48,268 nucleotides of DNA from a virus (lineage: Duplodnaviria > Caudoviricetes), in the IMG/VR virus record IMGVR_UViG_3300044806_000313, positions 1 through 48,268 of that record; one strand, written 5' to 3'. A program made the position numbers and the translations under genes. Below the pieces are notes generated by a model. The model searched no databases and was not told the DNA's origin. It saw only the letters and a program-made list of their open reading frames with translations. The first letter of the stretch is position 1. Each line of letters opens with the position of its first letter. This document shows positions 10,205 to 18,928 of the stretch, one piece after another.

Positions 10205-10603
10205 ATGGCTGAATTCATTTTACCAATAACGCAGGGCGACACGATTTCTTACGGCTGGACGCTGAAAGAGACGACCACGACGATCGCGGCGGCGACGCCG
10301 ATTGATTTGCAAGGCGCGACAATCTTGATCGAGATTCGCCCGCGTGTTGCAATGCACGACGCGCCCGCGGCTGCGATCATGGCATTTGGAACGGCTGACG
10401 GAACGGTTGTTGTTCCGACGGATGATGACGGCAAGGTTGACGTGGTGTTTACCGATGTCACAGCGGCGACAGGCACGCGCAATCCGGCGCTTGAGAATTG
10501 CATTTTCGATATCCAAGTGACGTTTCCCGATGGCACGGTTCAGACGTTTCCAAAAGACGGGCCACGCGGCGAAGTCGCATTTACGAAGGATGTGACACTA
10601 TGA
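10205..10603 (+). CDS. BppU N-terminal-like baseplate/fiber adaptor protein
   Basis: 'ITQGDT...PIDLQGATI...FDIQVTFPDGTVQT...G..DVT' pattern. Confidence 0.65.
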   Translation: MAEFILPITQGDTISYGWTLKETTTTIAAATPIDLQGATILIEIRPRVAMHDAPAAAIMAFGTADGTVVVPTDDDGKVDVVFTDVTAATGTRNPALENCIFDIQVTFPDGTVQTFPKDGPRGEVAFTKDVTL

Positions 10604-12471
10604 GCACTGTAATCGTTCAAGAGGGAACGCGCACGGTCGTCATTGAGCAGGGGCGGCGCGGGCTGACTGGCACAACGAACGCATCTGAAATCACGAGCGG
10701 CACGCTTGCGCTCGCGCGTGGCGGCACGGGCGCGTCGTTGGCCGATCCGAACGCTGACCGCATTTTATTTTGGGATGACTCGGCAAGCACGACAGCGTTT
10801 CTTTCGATTGGCACGGGCTTGTCAATTAGCGGCACGACGCTAAACGGCACAGCGGCGAGCGCGTGGGGCACGATCACGGGCACGCTTTCAGACCAGACCG
10901 ATTTGCAGAGCGCGTTAGATTTGAAAGCAAACACATCAGCACTCCCCACAGCCGCAAACCCCACAGCGGCGGGCGTCGGGCTAACGGCGATCAATGGCAG
11001 CGCGGCAACATTTATGCGCTCAGACGGTGCGCCCGCGTTGGACGTTTCGATTGCGCCGACGTGGACGGGTAAGCACACTTGGACGCCTAGCGGCACGACT
11101 AACTATTTGCAAGTTGGCACAATTGCAACCAATAGCGTTGACCCTGCAATAAATATCGGGCGCGACATCACAAGCGGCACGGGCAATAGTCACGCATTTA
11201 GCGATTCAACCAACTTTGCGCGACCCGTCAACGGCACGGCTTACAACTCGTTTGACGCGAGAATTACCATAGGTGGTACGGCTGATTTAGACCATTATGC
11301 AGCCTTGCAAGTCGCGCCCGTGTCTACGAACACAGGCACGATGTCGAACTTTTACGGGCTTTACAGCGCGTGGACGGCATCAGCTGGCACGGTAACAAAT
11401 AGTTACGGCGTTTATGTTGCGCCGCATAGTTTGACAGGCAGCGCGGCGGTGACAAATCGCTACGGAATCTTCATAGGCTCCGGCGCTGGCACATCGTCAA
11501 CGTGGGCAATCTACAGCCCCGGCCCCGGCAATACGCAATTAGGCGGCAAGCTTGCGATTGGCGGCGCGTCTATCGGTTCGGAGGCATTGACCGTTACAGG
11601 AGTCGCACGGTTTAGTGGGCAGGTTTACGCCGATCAACCCGGTGGAGGCATTCGCGTGAAAGCGGACGGCACAAACTCGCTTGACGGAATGTTTTATGCG
11701 GATGTTTCGGGAAATCACTATTTAAGTAATTACACTGGCACACGCGGACTGAAAGTTACAGCGGCGGGTAACATTGAAACAATTGCGTCAGGCAACAATC
11801 TTGGCATAAATACAACCGCGCCGACTGCGCAAGTTCAAATTACCTCAAGCACAGCGGGCAAGACGGCGCTTTTATTTAAGAGCGCCGATTCTACGACGCA
11901 AACAATGGTAAGCGGACGCAGAGCGGACAATACTGAAATGTTTGCTATTGCCGCAAACGGTGCGGCAATTTTTGGCGGTGGCGCAAGTTCGGCCACAGCC
12001 TCGCAAATCGTAATGTACTCAAGCGGCGTCATGGGCTTTTCGAGCGCGGGCGCAACGGGATTTGCGACTACCTGCGACACGTCCTTTCATCGGGCAGCCG
12101 CCAACGTCTTTCGTGTTGGCAACGGTTCGACAGGCGCGGGCAGCCTTATCATTGGCACAAGTAGCCATTCAATCGGGACAAGCGGTGTTGGTGTTTTAGC
12201 GATAGGAAACGGCACGGCCCCGTCAACCTCGCCCGCTAATACGATTCAGATTTACGCCGAATCAGGCGAGGCTAAAGTGCGCGACGCGGCGGGCAATATC
12301 ACAACCTTTTCGCCGCACAATTTTTCAGCAATACCGGGCGGGCCCTCGGAGCCTATGGCGTGGGCATATCATTCAAAATGCGACGACAGGACTATTAACG
12401 TTGACATGCTGCGTGTCGTGCGACTGCTTGAGCAAATGACAGGCGAGCAACTTGTTTTTATTGAAGAATAG
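10600..12471 (+). CDS. Tail fiber protein
   Basis: ATGA-coupled start at 10600; G/T/S/A-rich; 'WGTITGTLSDQTDLQSALDLK' and 'FMRSDGAPA' fiber motifs. Confidence 0.8.
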   Translation: MSTVIVQEGTRTVVIEQGRRGLTGTTNASEITSGTLALARGGTGASLADPNADRILFWDDSASTTAFLSIGTGLSISGTTLNGTAASAWGTITGTLSDQTDLQSALDLKANTSALPTAANPTAAGVGLTAINGSAATFMRSDGAPALDVSIAPTWTGKHTWTPSGTTNYLQVGTIATNSVDPAINIGRDITSGTGNSHAFSDSTNFARPVNGTAYNSFDARITIGGTADLDHYAALQVAPVSTNTGTMSNFYGLYSAWTASAGTVTNSYGVYVAPHSLTGSAAVTNRYGIFIGSGAGTSSTWAIYSPGPGNTQLGGKLAIGGASIGSEALTVTGVARFSGQVYADQPGGGIRVKADGTNSLDGMFYADVSGNHYLSNYTGTRGLKVTAAGNIETIASGNNLGINTTAPTAQVQITSSTAGKTALLFKSADSTTQTMVSGRRADNTEMFAIAANGAAIFGGGASSATASQIVMYSSGVMGFSSAGATGFATTCDTSFHRAAANVFRVGNGSTGAGSLIIGTSSHSIGTSGVGVLAIGNGTAPSTSPANTIQIYAESGEAKVRDAAGNITTFSPHNFSAIPGGPSEPMAWAYHSKCDDRTINVDMLRVVRLLEQMTGEQLVFIEE

Positions 12472-12483
12472 AGAAGGGAACGA

Positions 12484-12687
12484 ATGAACATCGAACAAAA
12501 GAAAGCAGAAATTCAAAGCGTAATGAGAAACGCGCAAGCTGAGTTTGAAAACGTCGGCAAGCAAATTGCTGAGCTAAGCCAGCGGCAACAGTATTTGCGC
12601 GAGGTTTATCTACGCGCAGAAGGCGGGCTGGCTACGTTGGCAGAACTCGAAGCAGCACCAGAACAGGCAGCGACCGCGACAGTATAA
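12484..12687 (+). CDS. Small coiled-coil protein, possible fiber chaperone
   Basis: 67 aa with heptad pattern, directly after the fiber gene, good RBS. Confidence 0.55.
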   Translation: MNIEQKKAEIQSVMRNAQAEFENVGKQIAELSQRQQYLREVYLRAEGGLATLAELEAAPEQAATATV

Positions 12688-12689
12688 CT

Positions 12690-14114
12690 ATGCCGAACAT
12701 CCGACCAATAACACGAGGCATTGACACGGGCAATTACACCGCGCCGACGCGATCACTCGGCGCGGGCGGCAACGCCAGCGGCGCACGCGCATTGCCTACA
12801 CGCGGCACGGCGGAAGAACTTGCACCTGTAGGCGGACAACCGTTGGCGCTGCCTTTCGGCAAGCACCGCTTTGACGGCGGGCAGATGATCTTTCGCAAGT
12901 ACGCAACGGGGAATTCTCGCTTTGCAACGGCCTTGGGCGATGGTGGCGAAAAAGGCTGGAATGCGATAACCGCAGCCTATTACGCGGGGCAAGCGTTGAG
13001 CGTTTCGCCGGACAGCACGACGGCGGGCTATCGCTTTCATCCTGGCACGCTCTCAACAGGTCTTGCAGATTCGGTGCAGGGGCGTGATGCGTTCTTTACT
13101 GACGCGCTGACCTACAGCGGCACGGCATACGCGGCAGTTTTGTTGCCTGCGGAATACGCGACAGAGGACACGCCGTACAAGTTCTCGTGCGTAGCTGAGT
13201 GCGCGCTCGTGCCTGATTACGATCAGACGGGGAATCTAACGGGCTGGTCATATTCGACAAACCCGGCGCGGATCGCGGCTTATGGCATTTTCGTTGATAC
13301 GGCGGTGCGTTTGGCCTCGCTTGGCGTTGTGCCGACTGACGCGGTATTTCCGCTCTATTTGCAACGCCGGGTAGATTGGACGTCGTGGTGGCGGCTGCGG
13401 AACATTTGCGACGAAACGATCTCTTGGAACGACGGCACGAGCACGCGAGACATCAAGCGGTTCGAGTGCAACATTATCTTCACGCAATCGGTGAAGCTTG
13501 ACCAATTCCTTGATGCCGTGCTCGCAACGTGCGCAAGTTATTGGCAGGATGACGCGGGGCTGATTAAGTTCGTGACGCCGTTTGACGTGACGCCCGTGCA
13601 TCATTTCAGCGACGGGACGGACGGCTTACGCTGCAACGTGTTCAGCGATTACGGGCTTGAGCCTGCGGACTTGAATACAAAGCTGCGCAACGTCGTGGCA
13701 ACGTTTGGCGACGCAGATACAGATTTGCTTGATGAAAGCCAAGTGCAGTGGCGTGACGAAAGGTTAATTCAACGCTTCGGCGAATCGCCCGCGGCTGTGC
13801 GTCGGTTCCCGAATATGAACGGATCGCAAGCACAGCGATTGCTTGAACGCCAGATGCGGCTTGAGACGCAATTCACGGGCATTCTGCGGCTCACAGGCCA
13901 CGGCGATTCAATGCACGTGCTGAAAGGCGACCGCGTGACAGTCACAAACGCCCGCGCCAAGTGGCTAAATGAATTGTGCCTTGTGCTGAGCGTGGACAAC
14001 GAAAACGCCGAACGCACGCCGGACAAAAATACGTTCACGGTGCAGAAGCTCGACGGCGACTTATACCGCGACGATTGGCATAGGCCAATGCAGCGCGCAA
14101 TCGCTCCGGCGTAA
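12690..14114 (+). CDS. Tail tip hub protein (gpJ/Tal-like core)
   Basis: Motifs 'YSGTAY', 'WSYSTNPARI', 'KRFECN' and 'GDRVTVT' are typical of central tail hub proteins. Confidence 0.75.
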   Translation: MPNIRPITRGIDTGNYTAPTRSLGAGGNASGARALPTRGTAEELAPVGGQPLALPFGKHRFDGGQMIFRKYATGNSRFATALGDGGEKGWNAITAAYYAGQALSVSPDSTTAGYRFHPGTLSTGLADSVQGRDAFFTDALTYSGTAYAAVLLPAEYATEDTPYKFSCVAECALVPDYDQTGNLTGWSYSTNPARIAAYGIFVDTAVRLASLGVVPTDAVFPLYLQRRVDWTSWWRLRNICDETISWNDGTSTRDIKRFECNIIFTQSVKLDQFLDAVLATCASYWQDDAGLIKFVTPFDVTPVHHFSDGTDGLRCNVFSDYGLEPADLNTKLRNVVATFGDADTDLLDESQVQWRDERLIQRFGESPAAVRRFPNMNGSQAQRLLERQMRLETQFTGILRLTGHGDSMHVLKGDRVTVTNARAKWLNELCLVLSVDNENAERTPDKNTFTVQKLDGDLYRDDWHRPMQRAIAPA

Positions 14115-14128
14115 AGGGAAGAGAAGCT

Positions 14129-15757
14129 ATGCCAATCAAAGTAAACCCGCAAAATCTCACAGGCTATCCCGGCCAAACGCTCACATTCGACTTGCGCTCG
14201 GCTGGTAGCGTCGTGCCTTCGTGGAAAAGCATCACGGGCGGCACGCAGGACGCAGCGCGCACGTTGACGTACACGAGCGGCGGGTATGTTGAGGGAAGCG
14301 GGCTTTATCAGCTTTTCGAGACGAACAACGGGCAATTCTCATACACGTTCAACTCGCGCAATCTGCCAACCACGGGCGGCAGCCTGGCGTTCACGTTTCA
14401 ATCACTGACGGAGCCGGATCACTATTTGACGCTCACAATGCCGCCTTCGGGCGTGATGACGCTAACGAACATCGCGCCGGACGGGGCGACGTGGAAAGTC
14501 TCAGGCACGACATACAGCTATGTCATTGGATCGGACGGCACGACAGAAACGAAGAACCTGACGGCAACCAGCATTTCGGGCCTGAGCGGGCAGAGAATGA
14601 CGGTTGAGATTATTCCGCTTGTTGGAATCAATATTCAAATCAGCACGCATATTCGCATTGAATGGCGCGTGGGTTTCGCGTCGGGCCTTGGCTTATTCGC
14701 GGGGCCGTTCGCTTACACGGTGCGTATGACATCGCCGTCGGTCAGCACGCCGCCCTTGCTCGTTGCGCCTGAGTTGATAGGGGATTGGCGACCGGGTTCG
14801 GCAACATCCTGGACGCTCGATTCAGACAGCGGCACGCAATTGACGCTACCATCAAGCACGAGCTACCAAAACAATCTTGGCGTCGGCACTTCCACCTTGC
14901 CCGGCACATATCGCATCACGGCAGCGCAGGCCGCAATCGGCGGCAGTCAGCTTGACGACGCAGTTGCGGTGCTGACGATTCCAAGTTTTACAGTTAATAG
15001 CCCGGCGAATGTCACAATGCAGCCGTCAGAGGTAAAGCGATTCACAACGAACTTTGATGACATCGCAGGCGCGCAACCGACGCGAACGCCATCAAGCGGC
15101 ACGTTCAACGGGTTGAATTACACCGCGCCGTCATCATCAGGCACTTACACGCTCACATTCGTTGCAGCGGGGCAGACACGAATTGTCACGGTTACGGTTG
15201 AGCCATCGCTAACGCCGCTGTATGAGTACGTCATCCCTGGCGAATCAATCACATTCACCACGACAATGAGCGGCACGATTACATGGCCGTCAACGCTTGG
15301 CGGGAATTCGCTCACAGGTTCGGGCGCGTCGCGTGCGTGGGTCGTGCCTAATGCAATCGGCGCAATGTTCCAGCTTTCGATCACGAACGGCGCGGACGTA
15401 ATCAACCGTGACTTAACTGTGCTCGAATCGTTCCCGCATCGCTGCCAAATTCCGCTTGATTCTGAGCGCGGCAAGATGTCAGTTATTGAATCGCTGTCGG
15501 ACGGCACGCCGATTGGGCGCGTGAAGCGCAGAGGGAACAGAGCGACGGAAAGTTTCACGCTCAACGTTGCTGGCTTGACCGCGACCGAGTTGGACGAATG
15601 CACTACGTTCCTCGATAAGTACGATCCGCAGGGCAGATTCATTTTTGAGGACACGGCGCGCACGAAACGCTTTAGCGTGCGGCAGGCAGGGAAGGCGAGG
15701 ATTCAAGTGCGAACGCCAACGGATTGCGCAATCTCAGTGCCTGTGACCGAGGACTAG
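14129..15757 (+). CDS. Tail protein with beta-sandwich/Ig-like N-terminal region and C-terminal gpM/Dit-like domain
   Basis: Thr-rich beta repeats; the last ~110 aa follow the gpM pattern ('F.....SDG......SFTL......ELDECTTFLDKY...RFIF'). Confidence 0.6.
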   Translation: MPIKVNPQNLTGYPGQTLTFDLRSAGSVVPSWKSITGGTQDAARTLTYTSGGYVEGSGLYQLFETNNGQFSYTFNSRNLPTTGGSLAFTFQSLTEPDHYLTLTMPPSGVMTLTNIAPDGATWKVSGTTYSYVIGSDGTTETKNLTATSISGLSGQRMTVEIIPLVGINIQISTHIRIEWRVGFASGLGLFAGPFAYTVRMTSPSVSTPPLLVAPELIGDWRPGSATSWTLDSDSGTQLTLPSSTSYQNNLGVGTSTLPGTYRITAAQAAIGGSQLDDAVAVLTIPSFTVNSPANVTMQPSEVKRFTTNFDDIAGAQPTRTPSSGTFNGLNYTAPSSSGTYTLTFVAAGQTRIVTVTVEPSLTPLYEYVIPGESITFTTTMSGTITWPSTLGGNSLTGSGASRAWVVPNAIGAMFQLSITNGADVINRDLTVLESFPHRCQIPLDSERGKMSVIESLSDGTPIGRVKRRGNRATESFTLNVAGLTATELDECTTFLDKYDPQGRFIFEDTARTKRFSVRQAGKARIQVRTPTDCAISVPVTED

Positions 15758-15828
15758 GCGCGCAGAGTTTTAGGCAGGGAGTAGCGGGGCAACGTGCGCC
15801 GCTAGGTTATTGATGTCTCATCCATCAA

Positions 15829-17061
15829 ATGGCGAAAACACAAGCATTTACTTTAGGCCATTTGGCCTTTATTGCCGCGCAGTTTAACGGCAATCAATCG
15901 CAAACGGCTGAAACGCTTGGCATCCATCGCGATTCAGTCAGCAAGGCAGTCAAAGCGCAACGCAAGGGGCAATTGCAGGGCGTGCAGCCAATGCCGCTTT
16001 CCGAGCAACCCGCAACGCAGCCAGCGGAGCCAGCACCGCCAGCCGCTCCGCCTGAGCTTGTCAAGGCAGACCGCAGGCACGCGAGCGTATCAGCCGAAAT
16101 CAAAGACTTACGCACGAAATACAAAGAAGCTATTGAACAGCTTGGCCTAAGTGAGCAGCGGCTTTCATTGTTGGAAGGCTACGGCGATTCGTCAAAGATC
16201 AAACCGATCGCAATCAACCGCAGCTTAACAGGTGGGCAGGCAGCGGCAATTATCCAGGCAACCGACTGGCACATTGAGGAACGCGTAGACCGTCACTTAG
16301 TCAACGGCCTCAACGAATACAATCCCGAAATCGCACGCAAACGCTCGGCCAATTTCTTTAGCAACGCTTTGAAGCTCGTGCGCAAAGAGCGAAAAGATGT
16401 GGCAATTGAAACGCTGATATTGCACATAGGCGGCGATATAATAACGGGGTATATTCACGAAGAATTGGTCGAATCAAACTTTCTCAGCCCAACAGAATCC
16501 ATTTTGCTTGCTCAAGAATTTTTGATTGGCGGCATCAAGCGGCTTCGTGATGATGGCAACTTCAAAACAATCCGCGTTGTCTGTAATTACGGCAACCACG
16601 GGCGCACGACGCCGAAGATTCGCGTTTCAACAGGGCATCAGAATAGTTACGAATGGCTGCTTTACAAGCTTATGGCACGAGATTTTGCCGACGATCCGGT
16701 TGTGCAATTTCAAGTAGCTGATGCTTACGTTGAATACGTTGACATCTTCGATTATACGCTGCGCTTTCACCACGGGGATGCTATCAAGTACGGCGGCGGC
16801 ATCGGTGGTGTAACAATCCCGCTCATCAAGTACATTCATCGCTTGAACGGGCAACGCCACGCGCAAGGCGATTTCATTGGGCATTATCACCAGCTTACGC
16901 CTTACAACCGCGCCTCCAAGTTTGCGATCAATGGCAGCTTGATAGGCTTCAATCCCTACGCGCTGCGCATTGGCGCATCACCTGAGCCGCCTCTGCAAAA
17001 CTTTCAGCTTGTCGCGGCAGGGAAGGGCTTCACCGTTCACGCTCCGATCTTCGTGGAGTAA
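15829..17061 (+). CDS. Calcineurin-like metallophosphoesterase with N-terminal HTH and coiled coil
   Basis: All five motifs present: DWH, GGD, GNH, HHGD, GHYH; N-terminal 'NQSQTAETLGIHRDSVSKAV' HTH. Confidence 0.85.
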   Translation: MAKTQAFTLGHLAFIAAQFNGNQSQTAETLGIHRDSVSKAVKAQRKGQLQGVQPMPLSEQPATQPAEPAPPAAPPELVKADRRHASVSAEIKDLRTKYKEAIEQLGLSEQRLSLLEGYGDSSKIKPIAINRSLTGGQAAAIIQATDWHIEERVDRHLVNGLNEYNPEIARKRSANFFSNALKLVRKERKDVAIETLILHIGGDIITGYIHEELVESNFLSPTESILLAQEFLIGGIKRLRDDGNFKTIRVVCNYGNHGRTTPKIRVSTGHQNSYEWLLYKLMARDFADDPVVQFQVADAYVEYVDIFDYTLRFHHGDAIKYGGGIGGVTIPLIKYIHRLNGQRHAQGDFIGHYHQLTPYNRASKFAINGSLIGFNPYALRIGASPEPPLQNFQLVAAGKGFTVHAPIFVE

Positions 17062-17063
17062 CA

Positions 17064-17498
17064 ATGCCGCTCAAGTTCACGCAAGGCACGCCGCAAATGC
17101 TTCGCAAGCTTGCCCGCTTGTGGTGGCGTCGCGTTGGCGCGCAAGAGTGGACGTTGCAAATCAGCGTGAAGCCGGAAACAGAATTCGCGGCAACGAATGA
17201 ATCCAAAGAATACGCATTGGCTTATCTTTCAGTTCGCCACGTATTGCAGCCATACATTGATGCGCAAGTTTCAATCAACGAATACACGTTGACGCGAGAC
17301 GAGGGCTTTATTCGTGACACTTTAGTTCACGAGATGAGGCACTTGCATTACGCGAAGATTGCCGAGTTGATGAAGTTTTTGTATGAGTCGAAGCACAGCG
17401 CAACGCAAGACATCGCGCAAAAGCTGATTGCCGATTTGGTGGAAGAAATGATCGAGCGCGATGTGGCGTTGTTTCGGGAGGCGTACAGAGGGAAATAA
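17064..17498 (+). CDS. Small HExxH zinc metallopeptidase-like protein
   Basis: 'TLVHEMRHL' with a downstream 'EE'. Confidence 0.65.
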   Translation: MPLKFTQGTPQMLRKLARLWWRRVGAQEWTLQISVKPETEFAATNESKEYALAYLSVRHVLQPYIDAQVSINEYTLTRDEGFIRDTLVHEMRHLHYAKIAELMKFLYESKHSATQDIAQKLIADLVEEMIERDVALFREAYRGK

Positions 17499-17653
17499 CC
17501 CAATTATCGAAGTCCAAGAAGGTATACCGAGTGCGTCTGATAAACAATCTTATGGGTAAATCCGAAAATCATAAATGATACTTATAGGCAGAATCGCGGC
17601 GCATCCGCGCCAGTTCCACGCGTGAAACCTATTCGCCCGTGGTAAGGGTGGAA

Positions 17654-17845
17654 TTATGCAGCCCACAATTCCGGCTGCGATTTTGCCATCTCATCAATCA
17701 GCGCAACGTAAGCCCGATGCTCAACGAGCGCCCGCGTGCGACAGATCAGCCAGAGTTCGTCATCTGTTGGCTTGCCGTGTGCATCGAACGCGCCGCCGCA
17801 TTGCTCGTACAGCATCGCGGCAAGTTCGGCTAATTCGTCGTTCAC
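17654..17845 (-). CDS. Hypothetical protein (last gene of the early operon)
   Basis: 63-aa ORF, GTGA-coupled to the upstream acidic ORF. Confidence 0.55.
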   Translation of the reverse strand: MNDELAELAAMLYEQCGGAFDAHGKPTDDELWLICRTRALVEHRAYVALIDEMAKSQPELWAA

Positions 17846-18021
17846 GCGGCCTCCGCCAATTGCTCAGCTTCTACCATTTCGGCCTCCGCCAAGATCGCTA
17901 AAATATCGGCGTCGTCATTCGGATTGTCGGATTCGATCAGGCTCAAAAGTTGCTCAAGCTGTGCGTCGTAATCCGGTTGCGCGTCCTCTGTTAAGGTTGA
18001 GCTCAATTGCACGTCTGACAT
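17842..18021 (-). CDS. 59-aa strongly acidic protein (not in the ORF track)
   Basis: AGGAG RBS; MSDVQLSSTLTEDAQPDYDAQLEQLLSLIESDNPNDDADILAILAEAEMVEAEQLAEAA; 16 D/E and no K/R/H. Confidence 0.7.
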   Translation of the reverse strand: MSDVQLSSTLTEDAQPDYDAQLEQLLSLIESDNPNDDADILAILAEAEMVEAEQLAEAA

Positions 18022-18922
18022 TTCGATCTCCTAATCTTTCGATTTTCTGCGCGGCTGCAATCGTAAATGCCCGCACTTCTTTATTCAAAACCACATCAGG
18101 CACTAGGCCCGCTTCCTTGTCCGCTTTTGTCGCTCGGCACCACTTGCCGCCCTTGAAAACGTGCAATCTTTTCCACAGGGCGCGCACGTCCGCGCTTGTC
18201 GTTTTCCATTCGGTGCGCCATTCGCACGGCAGCGTTTTGCCTGTTGGTGCGGGGTTTTGGTGCACGCTGGTGCGCGTTTTTGGTGCGATTGCAAGCAAAG
18301 GGGTTACGGGTTTCGCCACTGGTGCACGCACTGGTGCGGTGTCTTGGTGCACAGCTTCGGCGCCAACGCTCGGCACCAAGTGCAACTTTTGGTGCGCGGC
18401 TTGGTGCGGCACTGGTGCGGCGTTGCTTGGTGCGGAGTTTTCCACAGGCTGCGGCCCGGCTATTCCGGCGGTGGAAGTGTCTCGCCGATTACCTGCCCAG
18501 CCTTGCTGAACAGGACTGATGCCCGCTCCGTTATCAGTGCCGACATTGCAAAAACTGCCAGTAAGCAAAACTTCATTTTTTGCATCACCGTCCAAGTTTT
18601 TACTTGACGCAGCACCGGGATTAATTCTTGCGGAATGCCGAATGTTCGCATTACCCGAAGTGTCAAAGTTGCCATGCCGCTCCCCTTCCCTTTCGGGTGT
18701 TTCTAATGTTTCTGCTTCGTCGCCTACATGTGAACTCCGGCCAGCAGGTTGATTGCCGCTATTGCCGCAAGAATCGCGATGACGAGCCTCCACGCCGTCA
18801 TCTTCCTGGCTGTCTTGTCGCTGAAAATCCATAGCGCCACTAACAGGCTGAACAGCCCCGCCACTATCGCAAATGTGTTCATAGTTATTCCTTCCAGCCC
18901 GGTCTTTCACCGGGCCTGATCT
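17954..18922 (-). CDS. -1-frame extension of the 18907-19449 membrane protein (low-complexity linker, repeat region, basic C-terminal domain)
   Basis: Open for 322 codons from the slippery site; the predicted fusion is about 498 aa. Confidence 0.6.
   Translation of the reverse strand, partial: RSGPVKDRAGRNNYEHICDSGGAVQPVSGAMDFQRQDSQEDDGVEARHRDSCGNSGNQPAGRSSHVGDEAETLETPEREGERHGNFDTSGNANIRHSARINPGAASSKNLDGDAKNEVLLTGSFCNVGTDNGAGISPVQQGWAGNRRDTSTAGIAGPQPVENSAPSNAAPVPHQAAHQKLHLVPSVGAEAVHQDTAPVRAPVAKPVTPLLAIAPKTRTSVHQNPAPTGKTLPCEWRTEWKTTSADVRALWKRLHVFKGGKWCRATKADKEAGLVPDVVLNKEVRAFTIAAAQKIERLGDRNVRRAIELNLNRGRATGLRRTA
18245..18433. repeat. Array of 11 direct TGGTGC hexamers plus one inverted copy
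   Basis: Copies at 18245, 18258, 18268, 18281, 18320, 18332, 18345, 18390, 18402, 18413, 18428; GCACCA at 18373. Confidence 0.85.
18460..18675 (-). CDS. 71-aa hypothetical protein nested in the -1-frame ORF
   Basis: Purine-rich RBS (GGGAAGGGGAG) before the ATG; one hydrophobic stretch. Confidence 0.5.
   Translation of the reverse strand: MATLTLRVMRTFGIPQELIPVLRQVKTWTVMQKMKFCLLAVFAMSALITERASVLFSKAGQVIGETLPPPE
18724..18882 (-). CDS. 52-aa two-TM membrane peptide nested in the -1-frame ORF (not in the ORF track)
   Basis: AAGGA RBS; MNTFAIVAGLFSLLVALWIFSDKTARKMTAWRLVIAILAAIAAINLLAGVHM. Confidence 0.65.
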   Translation of the reverse strand: MNTFAIVAGLFSLLVALWIFSDKTARKMTAWRLVIAILAAIAAINLLAGVHM

Positions 18923-18928
18923 TTTGGG
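18897..18928 (-). promoter_or_regulatory. -1 frameshift signal: C CCA AAA, 6-nt spacer, GCCCGGT-GAAAG-ACCGGGC hairpin
   Basis: In-phase heptamer at 18928-18922 and a 7-bp stem at 18915-18897; the -1 frame is long and open. Confidence 0.75.

Noticed and set aside
7347-15757. Diversity-generating retroelement or invertible tail fiber cassette
   Set aside because: No reverse transcriptase or serine invertase, and no template/variable repeat pair noticed by eye
18245-18433. CRISPR-like array
   Set aside because: The repeats are only 6 bp with mostly 4-9 bp gaps, and no cas genes are present
17736-18607. Plus-strand ORFs (257, 148, 107 aa) over the repeat region
   Set aside because: Antisense to RBS-bearing - strand genes; probably kept open by the stop-free repeat and GC bias
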